64,000 bases of DNA from an uncultured Pseudomonadota bacterium (GCA_963705975.1 CAVPMI010000001.1:101765-165764); one strand, 5' to 3'. Numbered from the stretch's first letter, positions 19,009-30,009 are shown. The notes: generated by a model from the letters alone, not told the origin. Translations and numbers: made by a program.

Positions 19009-20886
19009 ATGATTTCATGCGACTCACTTAAAGAAAAAATCATAATTGTTGCAGAACATGACGAAGATTCTATGCACAAAATCGTGTTTGTGCTGGAAAA
19101 AAAAGGTTTTTTCAATATTCGGCCAGTCAATAGCGGTGAAAAAATCTATGAAATTCTAAGGCCGTACCAAGATCGACCCACGCAGATAGGTTTGATCATA
19201 TTAAATGAAAATTTGCCGAATTGTCGGGTAGGCGAGATGTCTCGGAATTTGGCGGCCACGTCTGATGGTACCGAGATACCCTTGCTGATTCTAGGCCGAA
19301 TCCTGGAAGAAACTGCCGGTGAGTGGAATGAAGATCTGGAAGCAGATGGTGTATTTTGTCTGAAATATAAGATCAATATTCCGATTAATCCCCAAGAACT
19401 TTTGCTGGCGGTCAATTTTTTATTGCGTTTGAAAAATGAACGTTTTTTACGTTACCAGCAAGAAGAACAGCTGATCAATGAATTGGCTGCAAAAAGTATC
19501 ATTGATGCAAAGTTAAAGTTCCTGGTTGCTCACGATGAGTTAACAGGATTGTTTAATCGTAACAGCTTTGATCGCCAACTAAGATTGATTGTTAATAGAA
19601 GTAGTAAGTCTCAAAAAGACGGCGCCTTATTATTTATTGACATTGATCGCTTTAGCCTTATCAATGAGCTTGAAGGATTTGAGGTTGGTGATAGGCTGTT
19701 GGTAGAATTAGCTGTGTTGATTAGAAAGTTGGCGCCTGCAAATAGCCTGTTTGCCAGAATTGGCGGTGATGAACTATGTCTGTTTCTGGAAAATAAAAGT
19801 AAAAACCAAGCCAGAATTTTTGCTGAAGCCATTAGAAACACCGTGATTAATTTCCGTTTTTTTAATGGCGAGGTCAGCTATAGCCCCTCAGTCTCTATTG
19901 GCATTGCGGTCTTTAGTAACAGCGCAACCCTGGCTCATCCTGGGGAAATGATTTTGCATGCCCGTCAGGCTTGTCGTCTGGCTAAGCTTGATGGCGGCGA
20001 TAAGGTTTGGCTGTATAACAATCAAGATTTGGCTGTTAAGGAACGCCGGTGCGATATTCAATGGGTGCCGTTGATTCGTAGAGCTTTACGTGAAAATAAC
20101 TTATTTCTGGTCTTTCAACCGGTTGTGCATTTGCATAATGGCTTTATTTCTCATTATGAGGTGTTACTGCGGATGCAGGGTGAGAATAATGAAACCATTA
20201 CGCCGGAGCAATTTATTCCGGCTGCGGAAAGAATGGGTTTGATTCATGCCATTGATCTCTGGGTAATAGAAACCGCTATTGATTTTTTGGCGTCGCAACC
20301 CGCATATATGCCAAATATCTCTCTGGCGATCAATTTATCCGGGGCTGCGTTTCAATATCCCGATTTATTAGAAACCATTCGCGATAAGTTGGAGTCGACC
20401 TGGGTAGACGCTGGGCGTTTAACTTTCGAGATTACCGAGACTGCGGCAGTGGAAAATTTTGAAAAAGCCCGCACCATGATTAACAACATTCGAGCCTTAG
20501 GTTGTCAATTTGCCTTGGATGATTTTGGCGCGGGTTTTTGTTCGTTTAACTATCTAAAAACATTTCCGGTCGATTACGTAAAGATCGATGGGCAATTTAT
20601 TAGAAATTTGCTCAATGATGAAACCGATCAAATTTTAGTGAAATCGATGGTCGATATCGCGGTAAAACTGGGTAAAAAAACCATTGCAGAATTTATTGAA
20701 TCGCCTACTACTGCTCTGAAGCTAAAAGAACTTGGGGTTAATTTCGGTCAAGGCTATGCGTTTGGCAAGCCGGAGCGAGATCTCATAGAAAATCTTAAGC
20801 CGCCCCTAGCGTTTTTAATGAGTTCAACCGGGAAACAAACCATAGAATCCGCGGTTGTGGATATTGATATTAGCCAAAACAGTTGA
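19009..20886 (+). CDS. Pseudo-receiver / GGDEF(GGDEL) / EAL protein
   Basis: The ORF track starts at TTG 18931, but ATG 19009 (MISCDSL) is more plausible. The receiver-like domain has Asn where the phospho-Asp is expected (GLIILNENLP). GGDEF domain motif is RIGGDELCLF. The EAL domain has YEVLLRM, DDFGAGF and EFIES...GQGYAFGKP. Confidence 0.85.
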   Translation: MISCDSLKEKIIIVAEHDEDSMHKIVFVLEKKGFFNIRPVNSGEKIYEILRPYQDRPTQIGLIILNENLPNCRVGEMSRNLAATSDGTEIPLLILGRILEETAGEWNEDLEADGVFCLKYKINIPINPQELLLAVNFLLRLKNERFLRYQQEEQLINELAAKSIIDAKLKFLVAHDELTGLFNRNSFDRQLRLIVNRSSKSQKDGALLFIDIDRFSLINELEGFEVGDRLLVELAVLIRKLAPANSLFARIGGDELCLFLENKSKNQARIFAEAIRNTVINFRFFNGEVSYSPSVSIGIAVFSNSATLAHPGEMILHARQACRLAKLDGGDKVWLYNNQDLAVKERRCDIQWVPLIRRALRENNLFLVFQPVVHLHNGFISHYEVLLRMQGENNETITPEQFIPAAERMGLIHAIDLWVIETAIDFLASQPAYMPNISLAINLSGAAFQYPDLLETIRDKLESTWVDAGRLTFEITETAAVENFEKARTMINNIRALGCQFALDDFGAGFCSFNYLKTFPVDYVKIDGQFIRNLLNDETDQILVKSMVDIAVKLGKKTIAEFIESPTTALKLKELGVNFGQGYAFGKPERDLIENLKPPLAFLMSSTGKQTIESAVVDIDISQNS

Positions 20887-21051
20887 AGTTATCAGCTCCG
20901 ATTTATAATAGAAACGAGCGCTAAACCTACATAATTTAATTTTATCAATACCGTAGGTTTACGGTTTTGTAGGGCTCTGGTATATTCCGCAGCAGCTAGC
21001 TAAAACTAGCAGGTTTTTTCTTAATAATTACAATAACGAAGGGGAAGGGTT

Positions 21052-21558
21052 ATGGCTGAATTGTTGTTTATAGCGACAGTTATTTTTGTTGCATATGTAT
21101 TGTTTGTGGTTTTAGACGAAAAAAAAGACAGCTCGGAACCAGATAAAATTGCAGAACTTAAGCCGGTTATCGCTGAGCCCGAGAAAATTGAACTCTCGAC
21201 GGATGCGCCTATCACTCCCGTGCCGGAGCTTGAAAAAACTGTTGCGAAGCCAGTTCGTCCCAAAGCGACAGCGGCTAAAACCACGGAAGTTAAATCCGAG
21301 CCAGTTAAAGTCATTGCAAATAAGCCTGAACAAAGCAAAATATCTACGCTGGCAGCCGATAGTCTGAAAAATCCCAAAACCGGTGAAGTCGCCAAATTCC
21401 CCAGTAATTATAATTTTGCGAAACGCTGGATTAAGGATGCGTTGGTTGAAGAAGGTTTGTTGGATAAAGTCTACAAAAACACTGAACTGGATGATGCGAC
21501 AAATGAAAAAATACATGCTGCATTACAGCAGTTAAAAGCTTTGGATAAATATAATTAA
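21052..21558 (+). CDS. Hypothetical membrane-anchored protein (Pro/Lys/Glu-rich linker)
   Basis: 168-aa ORF with GGGGAAGGG upstream and an N-terminal TM (LLFIATVIFVAYVLFVV). No family recognised. Confidence 0.5.
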   Translation: MAELLFIATVIFVAYVLFVVLDEKKDSSEPDKIAELKPVIAEPEKIELSTDAPITPVPELEKTVAKPVRPKATAAKTTEVKSEPVKVIANKPEQSKISTLAADSLKNPKTGEVAKFPSNYNFAKRWIKDALVEEGLLDKVYKNTELDDATNEKIHAALQQLKALDKYN

Positions 21559-21614
21559 TTCGTAATTATTCAGTGTGCCGTCCAAAGTCACCTGGTCAAT
21601 AGCACCGATTTAAT

Positions 21615-21690
21615 TCGTTCGTGGTGAGCTTGTCGAACCATTATCGGCTTAACCCTTAACCCTTCACCCTTCGACATGCTCAGGGCGAAT
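21615..21690. repeat. REP-like hairpin element between convergent genes
   Basis: TCGTGGTGAGCTTGTCGAA (21619-21637) pairs with TTCGACATGCTCAGGGCGA (21669-21687), 16 of 19 positions including one G-U. Confidence 0.4.
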
Positions 21691-21792
21691 GGTTAAGCCT
21701 TAGCTAAACGTCACAATAAGAAACTTATAGTAAATCTGAATCGTTACCAATTATTCAAAGATTTATTCTGGGTTACAGTTAAGCGGTTTAAA

Positions 21793-23133
21793 CTACTCCA
21801 AACCCAATTTTTTCAAGCGGTAGTGTAAGGAACGATTGCTTAGACCTAGATGCTTGGCTACAGCTGCCATATCCCAGCGGTTTTCGCTCAAGGCTTTGTC
21901 TAGGGTTTTTTTTTCGATGCCTGCCAAATAGCTTTCCAGAGGCATGGTATCGGCATCGAAGTTATCCTCAGGCGCCAGATCCATGTCTTGAGGTAAATTC
22001 AGGTCGCTCACTTGAATAATGTTTTCTTCGTGCAGTGCCAGCGCCCTTTCCAGAATATTTTCCAACTCGCGGATGTTGCCGGGAAAATAATATTTCATTA
22101 AAGCTTGCAATGCCGCAGCCGAGAGTTCCGGTGGTGATATAGCGTTGGCGTTTGCTAACTTGGTCAGTAAATGTGCGGTTAATTGTGGAATATCTCCGGC
22201 TCTAGCGCGTAAGGGAGGTAAATTAAGTTCAATGACATTGATACGATAATAGAGATCTTGCCGGAAACTGCCATCTTGCACCATTTTTGCCAAATCCTTG
22301 TGGGTAGCGCTTATCAAGCGCACGTCAATCGAAATTTCATGTTGCTCACCCACCGGTCGGATTTTTTTTTCCTGAATTGCCCGTAATAATTTAACTTGTA
22401 AGGACAAGGGTAAATCGGCTACTTCATCCAGAAATAAGGAGCCGCCATCAGCAGCCTGAAACAGGCCTTTTTTATCTGCAATAGCGCCGGTAAAGCTGCC
22501 TTTTTTATGGCCGAAAAACTCGCTTTCCATCAATTCCGGTGGAATCGCGCCACAGTTGATAGCAATAAGCGGCGCTTGGCTGCGGGGGCCTTGTTGATGA
22601 ATTAATTTAGCAACCAGTTCCTTACCCGACCCTGATTCACCACTAATATAGATCGGAGCTTGATTGCGGGCTACTTTGTCGATTTTTGAACGAATAGCGC
22701 ACATGACTGTGGATTCACCAAGTAACACATTCCGCATCCGTCTATCTTTTTCTGCAACTCGCGTTACCGAAATTTGTAAGGCATGACTTACTAATTGTCT
22801 TAGCGTGGCTAAATCGACCGGTTTGGATAGAAAATCGAAAGCACCTTTTTTCATCGCTTTCACAGCGGTATCCATGCTGCCGTAGGCGGTGATTACAGCG
22901 ACTGGGATCTGTAGGCCAATACTGTTAATGAACTCCAGCAAATCCAGACCGTCCCCGTCGGGTAGGCGCATGTCGGTAAGGCATAAATCGAAACTTTGAT
23001 TTGCCAGTAGATTCCTAGCTTCAGCCAAATTATCTGCGGCATAAGTTTGAATATTCATGCGATTTAAGGTGATTTCCAATAACTCGCGGATATCGGGCTC
23101 GTCATCGACAATTAAGGTAATGGGTTTTTTCAT
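21793..23133 (-). CDS. pilR: Sigma-54-dependent response regulator PilR
   Basis: 446 aa. The N-terminus LIVDDEPDIRELLEITLNRM...LCLTDMRLPDGDGLDLL...ITAYGSMDTAVKAMKKGAFDFLSKPVDL closely matches my memory of P. aeruginosa PilR. Also has the AAA+ motif GESGSGKE, GAFTGA-like loop and a C-terminal HTH. It overlaps the pilS stop. Confidence 0.85.
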   Translation of the reverse strand: MKKPITLIVDDEPDIRELLEITLNRMNIQTYAADNLAEARNLLANQSFDLCLTDMRLPDGDGLDLLEFINSIGLQIPVAVITAYGSMDTAVKAMKKGAFDFLSKPVDLATLRQLVSHALQISVTRVAEKDRRMRNVLLGESTVMCAIRSKIDKVARNQAPIYISGESGSGKELVAKLIHQQGPRSQAPLIAINCGAIPPELMESEFFGHKKGSFTGAIADKKGLFQAADGGSLFLDEVADLPLSLQVKLLRAIQEKKIRPVGEQHEISIDVRLISATHKDLAKMVQDGSFRQDLYYRINVIELNLPPLRARAGDIPQLTAHLLTKLANANAISPPELSAAALQALMKYYFPGNIRELENILERALALHEENIIQVSDLNLPQDMDLAPEDNFDADTMPLESYLAGIEKKTLDKALSENRWDMAAVAKHLGLSNRSLHYRLKKLGLE

Positions 23134-24803
23134 AATTCAATGACAACATAATCTGCATTGGCTAAGGTGAGGGTAAAGCAAGGTTTTTCTGTGTAACTAG
23201 CATAGCTTAAATCCGCCTGATTGAGCTCGGCGAGTTCACGGGAGATATACAAACCTAGTCCTGTGCCTTTATGCGATGTTGTAAAAAATGGTTCAAAGAG
23301 ATGTTGCTGGTTTTCTGGGCTGATACCTGGGCCGTTATCTATTACCTTGATACAGGGGGCGTCCTGTAGTTGGTCAATGACAATTTCAATTGCGCCTAAA
23401 TCAGGTCTGCCGTACTGTAAGGCATTTTGGCATAGATTATCCAGAATCTGTTTTAAATGTCCCGGATCAATGTAGACATTAAGTTTTGGTATCTTAAAAG
23501 TCAAGATAAAATTGTCTGCAAATTCTCCAAAATTCAAATGTTGTTCGTCAAGATAAGCCGGCAGCCACTCGTCAAGCGCAAGCCGTTGTTTTTGCAATGC
23601 ATCACGCTTGGATAGTTTAAGTATGCTCTCAATGATGTCATTAATGCGTCGACTATGATTTTGGATGATTTCGGTGAGCCTTATATCCGCTGCCTGTAAA
23701 TTAGGCGCTTCCGATAGTAATTGCGTTGCGTGGCAGATAGCGCCTAAGGGATTACGGATTTCGTGAGCGATGCTGGCGGTAAGCCGGCCGAGCGAGGCTA
23801 GTTTACTTTGTTGAAAACGTTGATTGTAAAGGGCTATATCCTCAAATATAAGCATATGCAAGCGTTCGCCAAGTACTTTCAATAGAGAGAACCGTACTTG
23901 GATTTCCCGGGCATTTTCGCGATGAATAATAGCAAAATCCCGATCAGCGTTGCTGCACCAAATTTTGAAAGCTTGTTGTAGATCCAGCGAGATTGCACCG
24001 AGATGTTCCGGTAACACGCGTAAATTTAACAGGCGTAGCGTCGAGCGATTGTAGAGTTGGATTGTCTGGCGTTCATCAACGATCATTATACCTGATTGTA
24101 AATGCTGAATAATATAACGATTAAGTTCTTCAAGCCTAGCGATAGTGGCGGCATGTTGCTTGGCTAATAACTCCGATTGTTCGGAACGCTTGGTCAGCAT
24201 GTATGATAACAAGACAATGGAGAAAAAAGACACGCCCAGCATGCCGGAATAAGTTAATGAGACACTGTCAAAGGCGTGGGTTTCATTCGCATAAAGTTGT
24301 TCGGTCAGTATCGCTAGGCTGGCCAACGCGGCGAACAACATGGCGCAACGGCCGCCGATTAATAAACCGCCTGCCGCGATTGAAATCGCCAATAAAATTC
24401 CGATACCGCTGCCCACGCCGCCACTGGCGTGCATTAATAGCGTAATGAAAATTATATCTGTAAAAATAAATAGTTGCGCTAGGTTGCTATATTTAATGCT
24501 GCGCAGCAATATCAGCGGCGCGGCGAATATTGATATAAGCAGGTAACCCAGGCTGGTGAACTGGTACAATTGAGAGCCGTAGCCTGCTAATATAGATCCA
24601 AAGTGCAGATAGAAAAGCATGACAAACAGAATGGCGCTAATCATTCGGTATATAAAATATATTTTTAGTAATAACCATGCCTGTCCACTGGGAATGCCAT
24701 AGCCCTTGGAAAATGGACAGGGATAGATAATTTCGTTTGGAATCGTGCGCATAATCGCTATAGTTTTATCGTTAAATAGCTGTAATTTTAAGTAAACCAT
24801 CAT
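23130..24803 (-). CDS. pilS: Sensor histidine kinase PilS (multi-TM N-terminus)
   Basis: About six hydrophobic segments, H-box SIAHEIRNPLGAI, and ATPase boxes DNGPGI and GTGLGLYISREL. It sits directly upstream of pilR. The exact start is uncertain (alternative M at 24752). Confidence 0.8.
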   Translation of the reverse strand: MMVYLKLQLFNDKTIAIMRTIPNEIIYPCPFSKGYGIPSGQAWLLLKIYFIYRMISAILFVMLFYLHFGSILAGYGSQLYQFTSLGYLLISIFAAPLILLRSIKYSNLAQLFIFTDIIFITLLMHASGGVGSGIGILLAISIAAGGLLIGGRCAMLFAALASLAILTEQLYANETHAFDSVSLTYSGMLGVSFFSIVLLSYMLTKRSEQSELLAKQHAATIARLEELNRYIIQHLQSGIMIVDERQTIQLYNRSTLRLLNLRVLPEHLGAISLDLQQAFKIWCSNADRDFAIIHRENAREIQVRFSLLKVLGERLHMLIFEDIALYNQRFQQSKLASLGRLTASIAHEIRNPLGAICHATQLLSEAPNLQAADIRLTEIIQNHSRRINDIIESILKLSKRDALQKQRLALDEWLPAYLDEQHLNFGEFADNFILTFKIPKLNVYIDPGHLKQILDNLCQNALQYGRPDLGAIEIVIDQLQDAPCIKVIDNGPGISPENQQHLFEPFFTTSHKGTGLGLYISRELAELNQADLSYASYTEKPCFTLTLANADYVVIEL

Positions 24804-24852
24804 AGCACCAACTCACAAATTCGATAGAAAAGCCATTAATACGGAGTAGTCA

Positions 24853-26019
24853 ATGAATATTCATGAATATCAGGCAAAACAACTATTTAGGGAGTTTTCA
24901 GTCCCGACGCCTATGGGTGATGTAGCCTCAACGCCAATGCAGGCGCGAAATGTTGCCGAGGATATTCCGGGCTTGGGTTGGGTTGTTAAGGCCCAAATTC
25001 ATGCTGGCGCGCGCGGCAAGGCCGGCGGGGTAAAGGTGGCGCGAACTTTGGCTGAGGTGCAGGCGTTTAGCGAAGAGTTGTTGGGAATGCGCTTGGTGAC
25101 CCACCAAACGGATAGCGCCGGTTTACCGGTAAAAAGTGTGTTGATTGAAGAAGTTTCGGCCATTAAACATGAGTTTTATCTAAGTTTATTGGTAGATCGC
25201 GAAACCGAACGCTTAATATTCATCGCTTCCGCTGCCGGTGGTATGGATATAGAAGAAGTGGCTGAGCATAACCCGGAAAAAATAGTTCGCGTGCTAGTGC
25301 ATCCAGCTGCAGGTTTACAACCTTATCATTGCCGGCTAATTGCAGACGCCTTAGGTTTGGGTAAAGAGCAGCAAACGCAATTGCAGGCCATTCTGTCCGG
25401 GGTGTACCAATTATTTTTAGCTAAGGACGCCAGCCAAATTGAAATTAATCCTTTGATTGAAACTGAGCAGGGGCAACTAGTCGCCTTGGATGCGAAAATC
25501 AATTTTGACGATAACGCGGTTGGTGCACATGCCGATATTGCCGAACTACGCGATACTTCTCAAGAAGACGCCAAGGAGGTTGAAGCGCAACAATTTGATC
25601 TTAATTATGTCACCTTGGGCGGAAACATTGGCTGTATGGTCAACGGCGCCGGTTTAGCGATGGCGACGATGGATATGGTGAAACTAAAAGGGGGCGCGCC
25701 GGCCAATTTCCTGGATGTTGGTGGCGGCACTAATAAAGAAAAGGTTAAGGAAGCCTTTAAGCTGATCTTGGCCGATGGCGTGGTTAAAGCCGTGCTGGTG
25801 AATATTTTTGGCGGAATAGTAAAATGCGATGTGATTGCTGCCGGTATTTTGGCTGCGGTGGAAGAGATGCATTTGCATATCCCGGTGGTGGTTAGATTGG
25901 AGGGCACCAATGCTGAGCTAGGCCGAGCCATGTTAAACGATTCGGGTCTGGGGCTGATTGCCGCTGACGATTTAAATAGCGCGGCAGAACAAGCTGTCGC
26001 ATTGGCGGAGGCTGTATGA
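24853..26019 (+). CDS. sucC: Succinyl-CoA synthetase beta subunit
   Basis: 388 aa. [12 protein letters not shown]..., [18 protein letters not shown] and [24 protein letters not shown]... align by eye with E. coli SucC. Confidence 0.9.
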   Translation: MNIHEYQAKQLFREFSVPTPMGDVASTPMQARNVAEDIPGLGWVVKAQIHAGARGKAGGVKVARTLAEVQAFSEELLGMRLVTHQTDSAGLPVKSVLIEEVSAIKHEFYLSLLVDRETERLIFIASAAGGMDIEEVAEHNPEKIVRVLVHPAAGLQPYHCRLIADALGLGKEQQTQLQAILSGVYQLFLAKDASQIEINPLIETEQGQLVALDAKINFDDNAVGAHADIAELRDTSQEDAKEVEAQQFDLNYVTLGGNIGCMVNGAGLAMATMDMVKLKGGAPANFLDVGGGTNKEKVKEAFKLILADGVVKAVLVNIFGGIVKCDVIAAGILAAVEEMHLHIPVVVRLEGTNAELGRAMLNDSGLGLIAADDLNSAAEQAVALAEAV

Positions 26020-26888
26020 GTATTCTGATCGATAAACAAACCAGGGTGATTTGCCAAGGGTTTACCGGCAAGCAGGGCACTTTTCATTCGGAACAGGCAT
26101 TAGCTTATGGAACGCAGCTTGTCGGTGGGGTCACTCCGGGACGCGGCGGAGCTAAGCATCTGGATTTGCCGGTGTTCGACACGGTGCAACAAGCGGTAAA
26201 AGCCACGGCAGCCAATGCGACTATGATCTATGTGCCGCCTTTTTTTGCTGCCGATGCGATATTAGAAGCTTTGGATGCCGGTATTGAGCTAATAGTCTGT
26301 ATCACCGAAGGCATTCCGGTACTGGATATGTTGCGGGTTAAGGCAGCTATGCAGGGTTGCAAATCACTGTTGGTGGGGCCTAACTGCCCTGGCGTCATCA
26401 CGCCTGGGCAATGCAAAATTGGTATTATGCCTGGCCACATCCATACCCCTGGAAAAATCGGCATAGTTTCCCGCTCCGGTACCTTGACTTACGAAGCTGT
26501 CCACCAAACTACAAAGCAAGGGTTGGGCCAAAGTACTTGTGTCGGCATAGGTGGTGATCCGATCCGTGGTATGAATTTCATTGATGTGCTTAGCCGTTTT
26601 CAAGCGGATGAACAAACACAGGGTATCGTTATGGTTGGCGAAATTGGCGGTGGTGATGAAGAAAAAGCGGCTGAGTTTATCAAGGCTAATGTCACAAAAC
26701 CGGTAGTTGGCTATATTGCCGGGCAAACGGCGCCTCCGGGCAAACGCATGGGACATGCCGGAGCTATTGTGACTGGCGGCGTTGGCACGGCAGCAGGTAA
26801 AATCGCAGCTATGAAAGCTGCTGGTGTGCAGATGGTAAGTTCGCCGTCGGATATAGGCGCGGCGATGAAGGCTTGTTTCACAAGTTGA
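26016..26888 (+). CDS. sucD: Succinyl-CoA synthetase alpha subunit
   Basis: 290 aa. [23 protein letters not shown] and the phospho-His loop MGHAGAIV. Its start overlaps the sucC stop. Confidence 0.9.
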   Translation: MSILIDKQTRVICQGFTGKQGTFHSEQALAYGTQLVGGVTPGRGGAKHLDLPVFDTVQQAVKATAANATMIYVPPFFAADAILEALDAGIELIVCITEGIPVLDMLRVKAAMQGCKSLLVGPNCPGVITPGQCKIGIMPGHIHTPGKIGIVSRSGTLTYEAVHQTTKQGLGQSTCVGIGGDPIRGMNFIDVLSRFQADEQTQGIVMVGEIGGGDEEKAAEFIKANVTKPVVGYIAGQTAPPGKRMGHAGAIVTGGVGTAAGKIAAMKAAGVQMVSSPSDIGAAMKACFTS

Positions 26889-26901
26889 GCTATATTAAGC
26901 T

Positions 26902-26940
26902 GGCTGCGGATATTGCAGAAGCAAATATCCGCAGCCTTTT
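26902..26940 (+). terminator. Rho-independent terminator after sucD
   Basis: GGCTGCGGATATT, a loop, AATATCCGCAGCC, then TTTT. Confidence 0.65.
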
Positions 26941-26999
26941 AAACCTCTGTCACCCCCATCTCACGGCAAAAGCAGATACTTGTTGCAACATGAAGAAAT

Positions 27000-28625
27000 A
27001 TGTCTTTAAAAATCGCCTTAGCGCAACTTAATTTTACTGTGGCGGACCTGCCGGGTAATTCCGCCAAAATTCTCGCGGCAATTGCGGAAGCTCGAGAGCG
27101 TCAGGCGGATGTGGTTGTTTTTTCCGAATTATGCGTAACGGGTTATCCGCCGGAGGACTTATTGTTTCGCGCTGATTTTATTGATCAAGTCCAAGCTGCT
27201 GTATTAGCGATTGCCGAGCAAGTCCACGGTATAACAGCTGTGATCGGTTATCCGCAACGACAGGGCAACGGGCTGTATAATGCGGCCGGCGTTTTACAGA
27301 ATGGTCAAGTTAGCGCCGAATACCATAAAAACGCTTTACCAAATTATGGGGTCTTCGATGAACAGCGTTATTTTGACGCCTCCCTCCGCACTACCTTGTT
27401 CACGGTAAAAAATATCCGGCTGGCTTTAACGATCTGCGAAGACATTTGGCAAGCAGGCATTATTGAAAAAAATTGTTTAGCTGGGGCAGATATTATTTTG
27501 ACCTTGAACGCTTCGCCGTTTCATGCGGGTAAAGTACATCAGCGGGAAGATATAATTTGCCGGCAACTGCATAATGCCAATATTTCTTTGGTATACGTCA
27601 ATCAAATCGGCGGGCAGGATGAGCTGATTTTCGATGGCGCTTCCTTTGTGGCAAATAGTCGCGGCGAGGTGGTGTTTCGGGCCGCTGAGTTCGTTGAACA
27701 ATTAAGTGTTATCGAATTCGTCGATAAACAGCCGATCAAGGCCGATATTGCAGCTTATTATCAGCCTGTCATCAGTGAATATCAGGCGTTAATTCTGGGG
27801 ATTAAGGATTATGTGCGCAAAAACGGTTTTCAGGGTGCGATACTCGGCCTTTCCGGCGGCATAGACTCCGCCCTGGTGCTGGCTTTAGCGGTTGACGCCT
27901 TGGGTGCGGATCAGGTGGAGGCGGTGCTGATGCCCTCGCGTTACACTCAGGAAATGAGTGTAACCGATGCTGAGCTGGAAGCCGAGGCTCTGGGCGTAAA
28001 ACATCACAGTATTTCTATCGAGCCGGCGGTAAGCGCTTTTGCAGAAATGTTGGCGCCGTTGTTTGCCGGTAGCCGCAAAGATACTACCGAAGAAAATATT
28101 CAAGCCCGCTGCCGGGGCGTATTGCTGATGGCGATATCCAATAAACAAGGCAAGTTGCTACTCACCACCGGCAATAAAAGCGAAATGAGCGTCGGCTACG
28201 CCACGCTATATGGCGATATGGCCGGTGGATTTGCTCCACTCAAGGATGTGTATAAGTGCTTGGTGTATCAATTGGCCGAATATCGTAATACTTTATCGCC
28301 GGTGATTCCGCAACGCGTTATTACCCGGCCGCCATCTGCGGAACTTGCGCCCGATCAAAAGGACGAAGACTCATTGCCGCCTTACCCCGTACTGGACCCG
28401 ATTTTGGAATTGTATATCGAACAGGATAGGTCGGCTGCCGAAATCTTGGCACAAGGCTATGTGCTGGCTGACGTGAATCGCGCTATCGCGCTGGTGGATA
28501 GAAACGAGTATAAACGCCGTCAATCTCCGCCCGGCATCCGCATCACCCCGAGAGCATTTGGACGGGACCGCCGCTACCCGATTTCATCGGCTTATCGTGG
28601 CGTCATACAGCTTAATCCGGCCTAA
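27000..28625 (+). CDS. nadE: Glutamine-dependent NAD+ synthetase
   Basis: 541 aa. N-terminal CN-hydrolase domain (VVFSELCVTGYPPEDL) and a C-terminal synthetase domain with GLSGGIDSALV. Confidence 0.9.
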   Translation: MSLKIALAQLNFTVADLPGNSAKILAAIAEARERQADVVVFSELCVTGYPPEDLLFRADFIDQVQAAVLAIAEQVHGITAVIGYPQRQGNGLYNAAGVLQNGQVSAEYHKNALPNYGVFDEQRYFDASLRTTLFTVKNIRLALTICEDIWQAGIIEKNCLAGADIILTLNASPFHAGKVHQREDIICRQLHNANISLVYVNQIGGQDELIFDGASFVANSRGEVVFRAAEFVEQLSVIEFVDKQPIKADIAAYYQPVISEYQALILGIKDYVRKNGFQGAILGLSGGIDSALVLALAVDALGADQVEAVLMPSRYTQEMSVTDAELEAEALGVKHHSISIEPAVSAFAEMLAPLFAGSRKDTTEENIQARCRGVLLMAISNKQGKLLLTTGNKSEMSVGYATLYGDMAGGFAPLKDVYKCLVYQLAEYRNTLSPVIPQRVITRPPSAELAPDQKDEDSLPPYPVLDPILELYIEQDRSAAEILAQGYVLADVNRAIALVDRNEYKRRQSPPGIRITPRAFGRDRRYPISSAYRGVIQLNPA

Positions 28626-28646
28626 GCAGTCAATTAAGGAGCTAAT

Positions 28647-29753
28647 GTGTTAATTTTTCGACATTTTCTTTTGTCCGGCGGCTTGTTTTTGATCGCCGCA
28701 AACTGCCCGGCGGCGGAAACCAAACTTTCCGTGCCTATGGATTACCGCTTGATTCGCAATGTGTTGATCCATCAATTGTATACCGGCGCCGGTGAAACGG
28801 CGCGGGTCTGGAAAGACGGTAAGGACTGTAGCTTTTTGGATCTATCCAATCCGCAAATTGGTGGTGAATCCGGCTTGGTTAAAATCGACAATAATATTCA
28901 CGCTCGAATTGGGATTAATTTGGGCGGTAAATGCATGCCGGCGCTTGAGTGGAGCGGTATGCTGGAAACTTTGCAGAAACCGACCTTGGACGCCACAGGC
29001 GATGTATTGAGCTTTCCGGTCAGCAGCGCTATGGCGACTGATGCCAACAGCCAACAATTGCATGTCAACCAGTTGCAGGATTTAATCAATAAAGTCGTAC
29101 AGCCAAAACTGGCGGAATTGAAAATTGATTTAAAACAGTCACGAAACGACATTATTAAAACCTTGCTGCCTTTTATCGATGCCGATGATACTGAAAAGTT
29201 GCAGGATACGGTGAACAGTCTACGTTTCAAGCAGGCGCAAGCTGATGAGAAAGGCTTACAGATTACCGTCGGCTTTACCGAACTTAAGCAGAAGAAGGCT
29301 GATATCAAGCCGGTTGCTGCATTCAATGCCGAAGAGTTGCAGCAATGGCAGGCGATTTGGAAAAATTGGCAGGCCAGTTTGGAAATTACGCTAAATAAGC
29401 CGCCGCTGGCTAAACAAGCGGAAAGCGATAAGGATACACTTCGTGAGGTGATGCAAGAGGCTGGTGCCGCATTTGAAAAAGGTTTAACCGAGCCGGACAC
29501 AGGTGACAATGATCCGGTACGGGGATTTTTTAATGATTCCTGGGATAAACTTGCGCCCTTGCTGCGCACAGCTTCCGAACAGATGCCCGGCGCGGAAGGC
29601 TTGCGCTATTTGACGCTAATAGCCGCTACAGATTTAATGTACGAAGTGGAGGCGATTTCCTCGCCGCTAGGGCTGGATATTTCTGCTAACGGCTTGCGCA
29701 AATTAGCGAGGTCCTATTTGGCGGAGCAGGCGGGGCGGAAGAAAGCACAGTAA
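28647..29753 (+). CDS. Hypothetical secreted protein
   Basis: 368-aa ORF with a GTG start preceded by AAGGAG, and a signal-like N-terminus (LLSGGLFLIAANCPAAE). No family recognised. Confidence 0.5.
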   Translation: MLIFRHFLLSGGLFLIAANCPAAETKLSVPMDYRLIRNVLIHQLYTGAGETARVWKDGKDCSFLDLSNPQIGGESGLVKIDNNIHARIGINLGGKCMPALEWSGMLETLQKPTLDATGDVLSFPVSSAMATDANSQQLHVNQLQDLINKVVQPKLAELKIDLKQSRNDIIKTLLPFIDADDTEKLQDTVNSLRFKQAQADEKGLQITVGFTELKQKKADIKPVAAFNAEELQQWQAIWKNWQASLEITLNKPPLAKQAESDKDTLREVMQEAGAAFEKGLTEPDTGDNDPVRGFFNDSWDKLAPLLRTASEQMPGAEGLRYLTLIAATDLMYEVEAISSPLGLDISANGLRKLARSYLAEQAGRKKAQ

Positions 29754-29791
29754 TGATTTAGAAGAGTATGGAGGGGACGTGCTTAAGGCAT

Positions 29792-29938
29792 TTAATACAG
29801 CTCTCCAACTAAATCCAGATAAGTCATATATAGCCGCATATCAAACTCCAGTTGGTGATAGTCCGGTTCCATATAGGCGCATAACTTATAAAATGCCTTG
29901 TTGTGGTCTTTTTCACGCAAATGCGCCAGTTCATGCAC
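29792..29938 (-). pseudogene. C-terminal fragment of a DUF45/YgjP-type zinc metallopeptidase gene (split by the insertion)
   Basis: Own minus-strand translation: VHELAHLREKDHNKAFYKLCAYMEPDYHQLEFDMRLYMTYLDLVGELY*. Its N-terminal partner is at 39123..39486. Confidence 0.75.
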
Positions 29939-30009
29939 AAAGATCACGCAAGGGTTTTCATAATATTAATTATTATAAATCAATAATTTAGATAATATTG
30001 ATTTTAAGG

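Noticed and set aside
24853-26888. Malate thiokinase (mtkAB) instead of succinyl-CoA synthetase
   Set aside because: The beta subunit aligns by eye along its whole length with E. coli SucC ([47 protein letters not shown]). I cannot exclude MtkAB without a phylogeny, so confidence is capped at 0.9.
29779-29991. 70-aa + strand ORF in the track
   Set aside because: It is antisense to the clearly recognisable HELAHL...metallopeptidase fragment, has no RBS, and spans the host/element junction.
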